Origin: Candidatus Bathyarchaeota archaeon
GTDB taxonomy: Archaea > Thermoproteota > Bathyarchaeia > Bathyarchaeales > Bathycorpusculaceae
Length of the DNA: 24,000 bases
Assembly (NCBI GenBank): GCA_030607735.1
Contig: JAUWJK010000013.1
Location: 1-24,000, forward strand
Direction of reading: 5' to 3'
Part shown: piece by piece, positions 8,116 to 16,473 of the stretch
Layout of the letters: every line of letters starts with the position of its first letter
Position numbering within the stretch: the stretch's first letter is position 1
The notes under the pieces: model-generated
What the model was told of the DNA's origin: nothing
Seen by the model: the letters and a program-made list of their open reading frames with translations, nothing else
Database searches by the model: none
Made by a program: the position numbers and the translations under genes

Positions 8116-9894
8116 TTAATTTAGGATTCTTTTTTTTGTGTAGATTGTTCCTATCAGAGCAATACTTAACAATAAAACAAAAATTGCGTATTTTGGAAAT
8201 TGAAAATAAGGTTCTGGTAGATTATTTTTTTCTCGCAAAGTTTCTGATAATGGTTCAAACCTCAAATTTTTGAAAGCAACTGCTTTGCCTGTGTTGTTTA
8301 TGAGAAGTATTTGTAATTCGTTAATGTTTTGTTCTTTGGTTTTAGTTTGAGTAATTTTTTCCACTAGATTTCCATATTCGTCACGTATGCTTGCAGTTAT
8401 TTCAATTTCAGATATTAGCGCTTCAACTGTGTACCATTTGTTTTCTTGAATTTGCTTGGATGTGTTCATAAATATTTTATTGGTTTCATCTTGATTATGA
8501 GACAAGATTATTTCGTTATCGTCTAGACTTCTCATGTTGAGTGTGTAGTTGTTGTTATTGTTTTTCAGGATAAAACCAAACTGGTCATTTGTTGTTTCCT
8601 CGATATCTTGGGGTAATCTTAGGGGTTGTAAGCCTTTTGGTATATTGATCTTGGTTATGTTTATTGGGATTTTTCCGGTTTCTGGAATGGTTATCATTTG
8701 TCCACTTGTGAATACAAAAAATTCTCCGGATAGTGTAACGCCATTTGCCAATAGTTGGATGTTTAGAAATTCTTCAACACCTTGTCTGATACCTAATAAG
8801 TAGGATCCAAAACCGGGGTGACCGTACATGTAGTAGTAGTTTTGGGTTTCAAATTGTATAAGAGAGTTTGGGAATCCTAAAAAGAGAGTCATTATTTCGC
8901 TGTCTGCTGGGGTGTTTTCAGAGTTTCCAGACCAGCTGGTTCGGATGTAGTGGGTACCTGTTGATTTTGTGTTCCAGTTGATGGAGTAATTTCCTGTTTG
9001 ATCTGTTTTTGTGTCAAGGGTGTTGTAGATTATTCCGTCTTGGCTGGTGTAGAGAGTTATGGTTTGGTTTGGGTAGGGGGGCTTTATTGAACCGTAAACG
9101 TTGATGGTGTGATCTGGATTGTTTATGTTTGATGCGGCTGAGGAGAGGTTTATTGATATTTTTGAGGAGTTTAGGGGGTTTCCTAGTTTTGATGAAACCT
9201 GTGCGGGCGCTGGGGTTTGGGTGTTTTCTAGGGAGATGATTGTGGGTATTTGTCCTTGCAGTAATGGTGGCACATCTCCCACTTTCCAGTCCATTGCAGG
9301 AGTGCATTCAGCTATGAAGTATTTTTTGCCTTCAAACTCGTAGCTTGCTGGTTGTTGCCACCACCATGTTCCGTAGGGTTGGTAGGGTAGAAACACGCCT
9401 ATGTTGATGTGGTGTACTCCTTTGAAGTAGAGTAGAACTACGTCTAATCCTCCTGCTTTCATGATTGAAGCTGCTAGAACCGAGAGTGTGTCGCATTTGC
9501 CTAATTCTTCTACAATGGTTTCTATGGGGTATTTGGCTCCGTTATCGCCATATTCAATCTGATGAACTAATGTTAAGACAGCGTTGGCAAATTGTTCTTC
9601 GCTGCGGGTTTTGTTGCCGATGAAGGTTTTTATGTTTTCTGCCATTGACTTGAAAGCTTGGGGGGTTACAAGTTTTGCGTAGTCAGCGTCTTTGGTTGGG
9701 TTTGGAGTTTTATTGCGGTAATATTCGTATAGTGAGGGTGGTACTGAAACGTGTATTTTTTGGTCAAGTAGTCCATATTTGAATTGGAAACTGTATGTTT
9801 GGTCAAAATTGTTTGATAAGACAGGGGGTATAATTGAGAGTTGGAGTAAAATGATGGTCAGTAGAAAACCTGGCACATAAGATTTGTAGTGCAT
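8116..9894 (-). CDS. Secreted, membrane-anchored transglutaminase-like protein with Ig-like domain
   Basis: N-terminal signal FLLTIILLQLSIIPPVLS; transglutaminase-like core EELGKCDTLSVLAASIMKAGGLDVVLLYFKGVHHINIGVFLP...YFIAECTP; beta domain TVYGSIKPPYPNQTITLYTSQDG...GTHYIRTSWSGN; C-terminal TM YAIFVLLLSIALIGTIYTKKRI. The N-terminus as called reads MHYKSYVPGF. Confidence 0.8.
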   Translation of the reverse strand: MHYKSYVPGFLLTIILLQLSIIPPVLSNNFDQTYSFQFKYGLLDQKIHVSVPPSLYEYYRNKTPNPTKDADYAKLVTPQAFKSMAENIKTFIGNKTRSEEQFANAVLTLVHQIEYGDNGAKYPIETIVEELGKCDTLSVLAASIMKAGGLDVVLLYFKGVHHINIGVFLPYQPYGTWWWQQPASYEFEGKKYFIAECTPAMDWKVGDVPPLLQGQIPTIISLENTQTPAPAQVSSKLGNPLNSSKISINLSSAASNINNPDHTINVYGSIKPPYPNQTITLYTSQDGIIYNTLDTKTDQTGNYSINWNTKSTGTHYIRTSWSGNSENTPADSEIMTLFLGFPNSLIQFETQNYYYMYGHPGFGSYLLGIRQGVEEFLNIQLLANGVTLSGEFFVFTSGQMITIPETGKIPINITKINIPKGLQPLRLPQDIEETTNDQFGFILKNNNNNYTLNMRSLDDNEIILSHNQDETNKIFMNTSKQIQENKWYTVEALISEIEITASIRDEYGNLVEKITQTKTKEQNINELQILLINNTGKAVAFKNLRFEPLSETLREKNNLPEPYFQFPKYAIFVLLLSIALIGTIYTKKRILN

Positions 9895-10410
9895 ACAGGT
9901 AACCTAGAATGGGTTGTGTTTTTGATTAATTTAAAGATTAGGATTAAACAAGCTAAACTAGAAATCTTAAGGGATAGACCAGATTAATAATAATGAAAAG
10001 ATTTTTTGTGTTTTGTTGGCACTATTTTTTTGGAAGTTGATGATTCTTTATTTGGGTTTGCCTTTTTCTTACTAGGCATCTACATCACCGTTATTTATTG
10101 TTGTTTGTCAAAGATTTATCTCTCGCGTAACAAACATTTTATGAAACAAAAAATTGAATTTGAAAAAAACTCATCATGTTTTTTTGGAGTTCACTATGGA
10201 TTATGCACAATTTTTATTTTAAATAAACCTAATATGCAAACGTGTACCCTTTCCCTAAACCTTTTATAAAAAGGTTAACAGAAAAAAAAGAATATTCCAG
10301 TTGGGAAATGCTTTTTATTGTTTAGGGTAGTGTAATGGGTTGCTAACATAATCAAATTTGAGGTTTTTTAAATGGTACACGAGAGAGTAGTACATTTTCG
10401 AGCATGCCAT

Positions 10411-11664
10411 ATGGCAACCTCTAATTCCGTAAAACTGCACAAACTAAGGAAGCTCATAGCATGGCTATCACAAATTGAGGGAAGAAGAAAGGAGTTTATT
10501 TCGCTCTACGCTCCTCGAGAGAAATCAATAGATGAGATAATTGCATTCCTCAAAAATGAGTCCGATTCTGTTGCCATGAACTCTAAGAACATTAAGGATC
10601 GCCTTCAAAACGCCCTCAAGAACATAATTCAGCATCTAAGGCTACAGACTGAAATTCCACAGAACGGATTTGCGATTTTTGCTGGAACTTTTGTCGCGAA
10701 CGATTCGGAAAATGAAAGTTTGAAAATCGAAGAGCTTGTCCCTCCAGCACCGATTACATCCTATCTTTACAATGTTGATAACCATTTTCGATTAGAGCCA
10801 CTAAGGAAAATGCTACGAGAGCCAAAAGTTGTGGGACTTGTCGCTGTGGATTCAAGTGAGGCGAGCTTGGGGATACTTAATGGTGAAAGACTTGAAATAA
10901 TCGAAAATATCACCTCTGGGATTTCGGGAAAGTCTGGAAAGGGCGGGTCGAGCCAAAGGAGGTACGAAAGAGGGCGCGACATGGCAATCACATACTTTTT
11001 CCACAGGGTTGCAGAGCATGCAGCAAAGGTATTTCTGGAGAACCATAAAGTTACAGTGTTGATAGTTGGAGGACCGGGGGGGACGAAAGAGGATTTCTTA
11101 AAGGGCGATTTTCTTCATTATGAACTAAAGAATGCTCTGTTAGACATTGTTGATACCCAATCCGCCAGCAGAGAAGCGATAAGAGAGATGCTTGAGAAAA
11201 CATCTGAGACCCTAAAGAATATGTGTGCACCAGAAGAAAAGAGGATAATGCAGCGGCTTTTGGCATCTATGGGCAAGCAAGACGGCTTGGCTATTGTTGG
11301 GTTAGATTTGGTGATGGAAGCTCTTAAGAATGGTACGGTGGAAGTTGCCCTAATGGCAGATAATACAGATATAGTTGAAATTGTTGCAATGTGCAAAAGA
11401 TGCGGACCATCAAAGGCGAAGATAGTAGATAAAAAAATGAAGGTTCAAACTATAAAGGAAATGATATCCAGCCCCTGCGGGAAGTGTAACGTGGTTGAAT
11501 ACGAGGTTGAGCAAAAAGACATCGTAGATGTTTTAGAGGATGTGGCTTCACAGACAAACGCAAGAGTTGAGGTGATATCTTCAGAGTCTGAGGAAAAAGT
11601 AAAGCTGAAAGCTTTAGGAGGCTTTGCCGCTCTCTTGAGATACAGACCTGACAAAGGAAAATGA
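10411..11664 (+). CDS. prf1: Archaeal peptide chain release factor aRF1 family protein, divergent (no GGQ)
   Basis: Track ORF starts at 10372; ATG at 10411 (MATSNSVKLHKLRKLIAWLSQIEGRRKEFISLY) fits the family N-terminus better. VPPAPITSYLYNVDNHFRLEPLR; VGLVAVDSSEASLGILNGE; GGPGGTKEDFLKGDFLHYELK; C-domain CKRCG...CGKC; KLKALGGFAALLRYRP. The catalytic loop reads GKSGKGGSSQRRYERGRD. Confidence 0.9.
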   Translation: MATSNSVKLHKLRKLIAWLSQIEGRRKEFISLYAPREKSIDEIIAFLKNESDSVAMNSKNIKDRLQNALKNIIQHLRLQTEIPQNGFAIFAGTFVANDSENESLKIEELVPPAPITSYLYNVDNHFRLEPLRKMLREPKVVGLVAVDSSEASLGILNGERLEIIENITSGISGKSGKGGSSQRRYERGRDMAITYFFHRVAEHAAKVFLENHKVTVLIVGGPGGTKEDFLKGDFLHYELKNALLDIVDTQSASREAIREMLEKTSETLKNMCAPEEKRIMQRLLASMGKQDGLAIVGLDLVMEALKNGTVEVALMADNTDIVEIVAMCKRCGPSKAKIVDKKMKVQTIKEMISSPCGKCNVVEYEVEQKDIVDVLEDVASQTNARVEVISSESEEKVKLKALGGFAALLRYRPDKGK

Positions 11665-12142
11665 GAATCGCTAGAACCTTTTTGGGCGTTTAATTTAAGT
11701 CCTCTCATAAAAACATAATTGTGTTACCATAATTTGTTAAACTTCCTATTTGAAATTCATGTTTTTTATCGAAGATTGAGGTTTTCTATTTCTTGTTGAC
11801 CAAACAAAAAATCTTTGACATCGCAGTTGAGCTTTTCTCCAAGAAGGGATTAACGGGGTATCTGTAAGAGGAGATAACAAGAAAAGTGGGAATAAAAGAG
11901 AGCAACCTATAAAAATAAAATTTTTAGCTTTAATTATGAAACAAAAAGCGCATGTTTGACCCGCATTTTTTGATTGTTGTTCATAAATAAATGGATATGC
12001 TGCGCTAGAAGCAAATCAATATACGATTATGTCGTTGGGAGATTGACAAAGTTTGATTTGGAGCGTGACTTAGAAATAGGTTTCATGTTATTTTGTCGTA
12101 ACTTTATAATGTTCTATAAGATTGATAGTGTTTAGATAAATA

Positions 12143-13309
12143 TTGCAGGGAGTGATAACTTTGTCTTTGAATATTGGGGAAATTTTTGGGGTTAAAATAA
12201 AAATACATTACACTTGGCTACTTATTTTCTTTCTTATAACTTGGTCTTTAGCTGTTGGTTATGTGCCTTTACAATTTCCAGGTTTATCTGATGCCACTTA
12301 TTGGATTATTGGCATTATTTCTGCAATTTCTCTTTTTGTTTCTGTTCTTGCGCATGAATTAGCTCATTCTTATGTGGCGTTAAAGCAGGGAATTGATGTT
12401 CCAAGTATAACTTTGTTTTTTTTTGGTGGGGTTTCACAGATAGCTGAGGAACCTAAATCGCCAAACCATGAGGCTAAGATGGCTGCTGTGGGGCCATTGT
12501 CTAGTTTTGCTATTTCTGCTCTTTTTTTTCTTTTGTGGTTTGTTGCTGTGACTTTGGATTTGGGTCCTTTTATAGTAGCGCCTTTTAGTTACATTGCATT
12601 GATCAATGCTTTGCTGGGGGGATTTAATTTTCTACCTGCTTTTCCTTTGGATGGAGGTAGAGTGTTACGTGCAGTCCTTTGGAAATGGAAAAATAATCTA
12701 ATAGTGGCAACAAAATTATCCACCAAGATTAGTGAAGCAATCGCCTATATCATGATAGGAACAGGTTTTTTCATGATTTTTGCTTATTCATTGTTTACTG
12801 GTTTATGGATAGTTTTTATAGGCTGGTTTCTTAAGAGCGGTTCAGAAGCAAGTCTAAAACAGACATTAATTAGTCAAGCGCTTTCTGATATTAAAGTTAA
12901 AGAAATTATGAATTCTCAAGTGGTATCAATCTCGCCTACGTTAACTATCGCCAACGCAGTGGAGCAGTATTTTTCGAACTATACTCATACGGGTTTTCCT
13001 GTAACTAATGATGGGATTGTTCAGGGAATAATTACTTTGGGGGATTTAAAGAAGTTCATGGAGGATGAGCGGCAATCAACTTTGGTGGGGGATGTAATGA
13101 CGCCCAGGAAGAAAATGATCGTAGTTTCGCCAGATGAGCCAGCTGTTGAGGCTATTTTGAAGTTTTCTAAAAATAATATCGGTCGGTTGCCTGTGCTAAA
13201 GGAGGATAAGCTTGTGGGCATTATCACACGCAGTGACCTGATGAAGGCTATAAGAACACGAATCCAAACAGAGAAGATATTACCATTAGAAGTTTTCGAA
13301 AACGTATAG
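12143..13309 (+). CDS. M50-family (site-2-protease-like) membrane metalloprotease with C-terminal CBS domain pair
   Basis: HExxH in VLAHELAHSYVALKQGI; second metal motif NFLPAFPLDGGRVLRAVLW; multiple TM segments; CBS pair IKVKEIMNSQVVSISPTLTIANAVEQYF...VGDVMTPRKKMIVVSPDEPAVEAILKFSKNNIGRLPVLKEDKLVGIITRSDLM. A TTG start is likely; the exact start is uncertain. Confidence 0.95.
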   Translation: MQGVITLSLNIGEIFGVKIKIHYTWLLIFFLITWSLAVGYVPLQFPGLSDATYWIIGIISAISLFVSVLAHELAHSYVALKQGIDVPSITLFFFGGVSQIAEEPKSPNHEAKMAAVGPLSSFAISALFFLLWFVAVTLDLGPFIVAPFSYIALINALLGGFNFLPAFPLDGGRVLRAVLWKWKNNLIVATKLSTKISEAIAYIMIGTGFFMIFAYSLFTGLWIVFIGWFLKSGSEASLKQTLISQALSDIKVKEIMNSQVVSISPTLTIANAVEQYFSNYTHTGFPVTNDGIVQGIITLGDLKKFMEDERQSTLVGDVMTPRKKMIVVSPDEPAVEAILKFSKNNIGRLPVLKEDKLVGIITRSDLMKAIRTRIQTEKILPLEVFENV

Positions 13310-13466
13310 CTTCGCATGAATCAAAATGAACACTTTAGTTAAGATCTAATCTCATTGGGTTTTGGTATCTCAAACAGAAATATAAGGTATTTTTTTTCAA
13401 GTTAATTGGGGTTAAGGAAAAAAGTTTTTGTCGAATTGGATTAACATATATTATTGATAATCTTTT

Positions 13467-13901
13467 ATGAACCAAAAACGTCCTCCCTTTGAGTATAATG
13501 GCAGAAGTTTGGGAAATGTTATCCTGATTGGTTTTCAGGTACTAGTTGGATTTATACATATATTATTTGGATTTTGGCTTCTAACTGCGCCATGGATAAC
13601 TTCTTTGGATTTTGCGCCTTTGTCATCTTTTTTTGACATTTACAGTTTCTATACAATTGTTTTTGGTTTTTTGACCCTACTTTTTGCAGTTTTGCTTTGG
13701 TTTAATAAACGATGGGGGTGGATCGGCACTTTTTCTGTCTTGGTCTTTGTTACTATTGTAGATTCGCTTACTTTGCTAGATTTACCAAGTATTCCAGGAA
13801 TACCAAAGTTTGCTTGTTTTGGCGAAATAACCTATAGTGCTATCTTAATATTTTATTTAATTCAAGCCCTTGTTCGAATCAAATATAAAATAAAATTTTG
13901 A
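13467..13901 (+). CDS. Small multi-pass membrane protein of unknown function
   Basis: 144 aa, about four hydrophobic segments (VILIGFQVLVGFIHILFGFWLL, SFYTIVFGFLTLLFAVLLWF, WIGTFSVLVFVTIVDSLTLL, ITYSAILIFYLIQALVRI). Confidence 0.65.
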   Translation: MNQKRPPFEYNGRSLGNVILIGFQVLVGFIHILFGFWLLTAPWITSLDFAPLSSFFDIYSFYTIVFGFLTLLFAVLLWFNKRWGWIGTFSVLVFVTIVDSLTLLDLPSIPGIPKFACFGEITYSAILIFYLIQALVRIKYKIKF

Positions 13902-13976
13902 AAAGAAAAATAGAAAATTGGATTTTTTGGTTCTTCCATAAAGCAGCATTTTCCTTATTAATTATTTTATTTGTTG

Positions 13977-15026
13977 CTAAAGTTGTATCCAGAAGTATTC
14001 AACGTATTCAGGAGAGTTAAGTAATCGAGTGTCTGAAGGTAGGTGTATATGGTTTCCTGAAGAGAATCGAAATTGGGTGGAACCTGATTCATAAACAAAT
14101 CCGGCTCTACCGCTTGCAACATCTTGGTTTATTGCTTCAACCCAATAGCTTTTAACTAAACTTGCACTTCCAATGCTTTCGTAATATTGAAGGCTATAAG
14201 ATATTTTTCCTTGTTCTCCAAGTGATAAAATAACATCTATAGCTGTAATAGTATTTTCTTTGAAAACGTCATTTCTTAGGTTATGAGGCGTTACTTTAAC
14301 GCTTTCGAAAGTTAATGTAAAACTCTTGCTACGTATTGTCACTTGGGGAATGATTACTTCTTGAGTATTGCTATTTCTTCTTGTTACTTCCTCTTCCCAA
14401 ACTTTGTATATGTTGCTAATTCTTGTTGGGGTTTCTTTGTAAAAGGTTAGTGTTGTTTGATCTTTCCACGGGTAGTGGTCTGGTCGAAAAACGTTTCTCT
14501 CTGGCCAACCTCCACTATAATAAATTTGATACCACCAGTCTGTTTCTCCATCTAGTTCATCTATTATGTGGGTATTCATGGATTCATCGAAGTGGTATTG
14601 AAGATCTATATCGCCTTGTTTTTGTAGTTGAACTAAAACATCAAATACAGAGAAGTAGCCCGAATTGAAGATGTCTGGTCTTAGTGTTTTAACTTGGGTT
14701 GAATCAAAGATGTATTGGTTGTTTCCAATTCTTACTGTTCCTTGATTTGTTGGTATTGTATTTTCTTTTGGGATTTCAGTAGGGGGTTTTATTGTTGGTA
14801 ATGGAGTTGAAGAGGGAGTTGGTGTCGATGTTGGTGTTGGAGTTGGCATCGAAGTTGGTGGATTTTCGATCTTTGAGTCGTTTAAATTGCTTTCTATAAC
14901 TATAGTCGGGTTAATGTTTTGTAGCATAAAAAACCAGATTAATACCCCAATAACCCCTACAGTTATTACCATTTTTGTTATTTGTGATAATTTTTTATTT
15001 GATTGTTCTTTAGAATTCTTTTGCAT
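13977..15026 (-). CDS. Secreted/membrane-anchored protein with PT-rich linker and two copies of a related domain (possibly DUF4430-like)
   Basis: N-terminal TM MVITVGVIGVLIWFFML; PTPTPTSTPTPSSTPLPT linker; internal similarity between LRPDIFNSGYFSVFDVLVQLQKQGDIDLQYHFDES and LRNDVFKENTITAIDVILSLGEQGKISYSLQYYES. Confidence 0.7.
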   Translation of the reverse strand: MQKNSKEQSNKKLSQITKMVITVGVIGVLIWFFMLQNINPTIVIESNLNDSKIENPPTSMPTPTPTSTPTPSSTPLPTIKPPTEIPKENTIPTNQGTVRIGNNQYIFDSTQVKTLRPDIFNSGYFSVFDVLVQLQKQGDIDLQYHFDESMNTHIIDELDGETDWWYQIYYSGGWPERNVFRPDHYPWKDQTTLTFYKETPTRISNIYKVWEEEVTRRNSNTQEVIIPQVTIRSKSFTLTFESVKVTPHNLRNDVFKENTITAIDVILSLGEQGKISYSLQYYESIGSASLVKSYWVEAINQDVASGRAGFVYESGSTQFRFSSGNHIHLPSDTRLLNSPEYVEYFWIQL

Positions 15027-15167
15027 ACCTATTAAATATTTATAACAGTGTCATATTAATGTTTTTAGCGGAAAAGAATCAAATTATATATTAAGATAGT
15101 ATAAACACAAAACAGTTTTTACAACGCTTATCTTTACAATCTTGACAAACTACACAGAAACGTCAAG

Positions 15168-15581
15168 TCAAGAAGTTCGTAAGTAGTCTTTGATCATATC
15201 TGAGTGTTTAAACGCAAGTCTTTTAGGAATTTCGTTAAAATCAAAAAGTTTTATCTCCTCAATTTCCTCCTTTTGTTTACTTATCTTTCCTCCAACAACT
15301 TTAACAAGAAAACAGGTAGGATAGTAATCATATTCTACTCCATTATTAACTCCAACCTCATGATACTCCCCTATCTTTCTGACTATCTTAACTTTGAGTC
15401 CAGTTTCTTCTCTTACTTCTCTAACGACAGCTTCTTCAACAGTTTCTCCGCCATCCACCTTTCCGCCAGGTAAGGCCCAAAACCCTCGAAAAACTATTGT
15501 TCCTCTCTTTATTAGCAAAATCTTGTTAGTTGGAAAGATTATAATGGCTGCAGCTGTTTTACCGCTGAATTTTTTTATCAA
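15168..15581 (-). CDS. Nudix hydrolase
   Basis: Full Nudix box [24 protein letters not shown] (Gx5Ex7REUxEExGU); 137 aa domain-sized ORF. Confidence 0.95.
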   Translation of the reverse strand: MIKKFSGKTAAAIIIFPTNKILLIKRGTIVFRGFWALPGGKVDGGETVEEAVVREVREETGLKVKIVRKIGEYHEVGVNNGVEYDYYPTCFLVKVVGGKISKQKEEIEEIKLFDFNEIPKRLAFKHSDMIKDYLRTS

Positions 15582-15621
15582 AATTTTATTATCTCAAATG
15601 AACAGTATTACGTGTGGATTG

Positions 15622-15843
15622 TTATGGGTAAGTGTGTGCATCTACTGTACTAGTTTCATCGAGTTTTTTGATGGCTATTTTTATCGTTTTTTCTGGTTCA
15701 TCTACTTCTTTTAATGTTTTTAAGATTCCAATACACATGTTTGCGATAGTTTCTTGAATAAAATGATTTAGGGGAAGTTTTTTTCCGTTAACTTGAATTT
15801 CGGTTTCAAAATTCTTCACAAATTCTTTATGCAAATGGGACAT
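15622..15843 (-). CDS. Small hypothetical protein, possibly co-transcribed with the Nudix gene
   Basis: 73 aa ORF immediately upstream (40 bp) of the Nudix gene on the same strand. Well-behaved composition: FETEIQVNGKKLPLNHFIQETIANMCIGILKTLKEVDEPEKTIKIAIKKL. Confidence 0.6.
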   Translation of the reverse strand: MSHLHKEFVKNFETEIQVNGKKLPLNHFIQETIANMCIGILKTLKEVDEPEKTIKIAIKKLDETSTVDAHTYP

Positions 15844-16473
15844 AATAAGTCATCATCATTATTACCCAAGACAATGTGATAAGGATTTTCTCATACTTTT
15901 TATGTTAATTAAAAAAATAAACTAAGTAGTTATCAATATGAAATTAACGTTTGTTTTATTAATTTAATACTATTCCAATTTATTTGTATATTTGCATTTG
16001 AAATCTCAGATATTTGATTTCTACTTGGAGACAAATAAGGACTATTGGGTTTAGCTTTTCATCCTAACTTTATTAGCATTGGGTATTTTCATGTAGATTA
16101 TACAATTGCTAATCCTCGTTGAACCTTAATTTTTTGGTTTTTTGTAAAAAGGCTAAACAAGCTCAGGATCTGATAGTCCAGATTAACTTATTGGGTTAGG
16201 TGTTTTCTGAGCTTCTCAGGATTGGTTTTTATCGCAGTTTTTCTATGCTAATTTATCTCTTATTTGTAATACCAGTTTTACATTGCCATAACACAGTGAA
16301 CACACTTTGTGTATCAGCGTGTTTTTTTCCATGAAATAGACCGTGAGAAAATGTGAAACAATTTTACGTGTTACATTTCATGGGTATTACGGGTAAAATT
16401 TTGATGGTTACAGTTTTAGGAAATACTTTAATTGTTTACTTTTTTTACTTGTGAAATTGTTTTTTTCATTTAT

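Noticed and set aside
8549-9343. Plus- and minus-strand ORFs of 74-97 aa inside the transglutaminase gene
   Set aside because: Overlapping antisense or alternate-frame ORFs within a well-supported gene.
10006-10269. 87-aa plus-strand ORF
   Set aside because: No recognisable family, Cys/Phe-rich AT-driven composition, no convincing start context; kept out of features. Homolog search could revive it.
10372-11664. Idea that the organism uses a reassigned stop codon because aRF1 has NIKD
   Set aside because: TAA, TAG and TGA all terminate well-supported, normally sized ORFs in this window (for example hcp TAA, M50 TAG, aRF1 TGA), so no reassignment signal is visible here.
10767-11708. Minus-strand ORFs over the aRF1 gene (64, 71, 92, 87 aa)
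   Set aside because: Antisense shadows of a confidently identified gene with no domain signal.
11943-12011. AGCGCA ... TGCGCT inverted repeat in the intergenic region before the M50 gene
   Set aside because: Only 6-bp arms about 50 nt apart with no supporting inner structure; compatible with chance.
13021-13317. 98-aa minus-strand ORF
   Set aside because: Antisense to the CBS domain region of the M50 protease gene.
15204-15714. Plus-strand ORFs opposite the Nudix gene (89 and 106 aa)
   Set aside because: Antisense to a gene with a complete Nudix box; Ser-rich shadow sequence.
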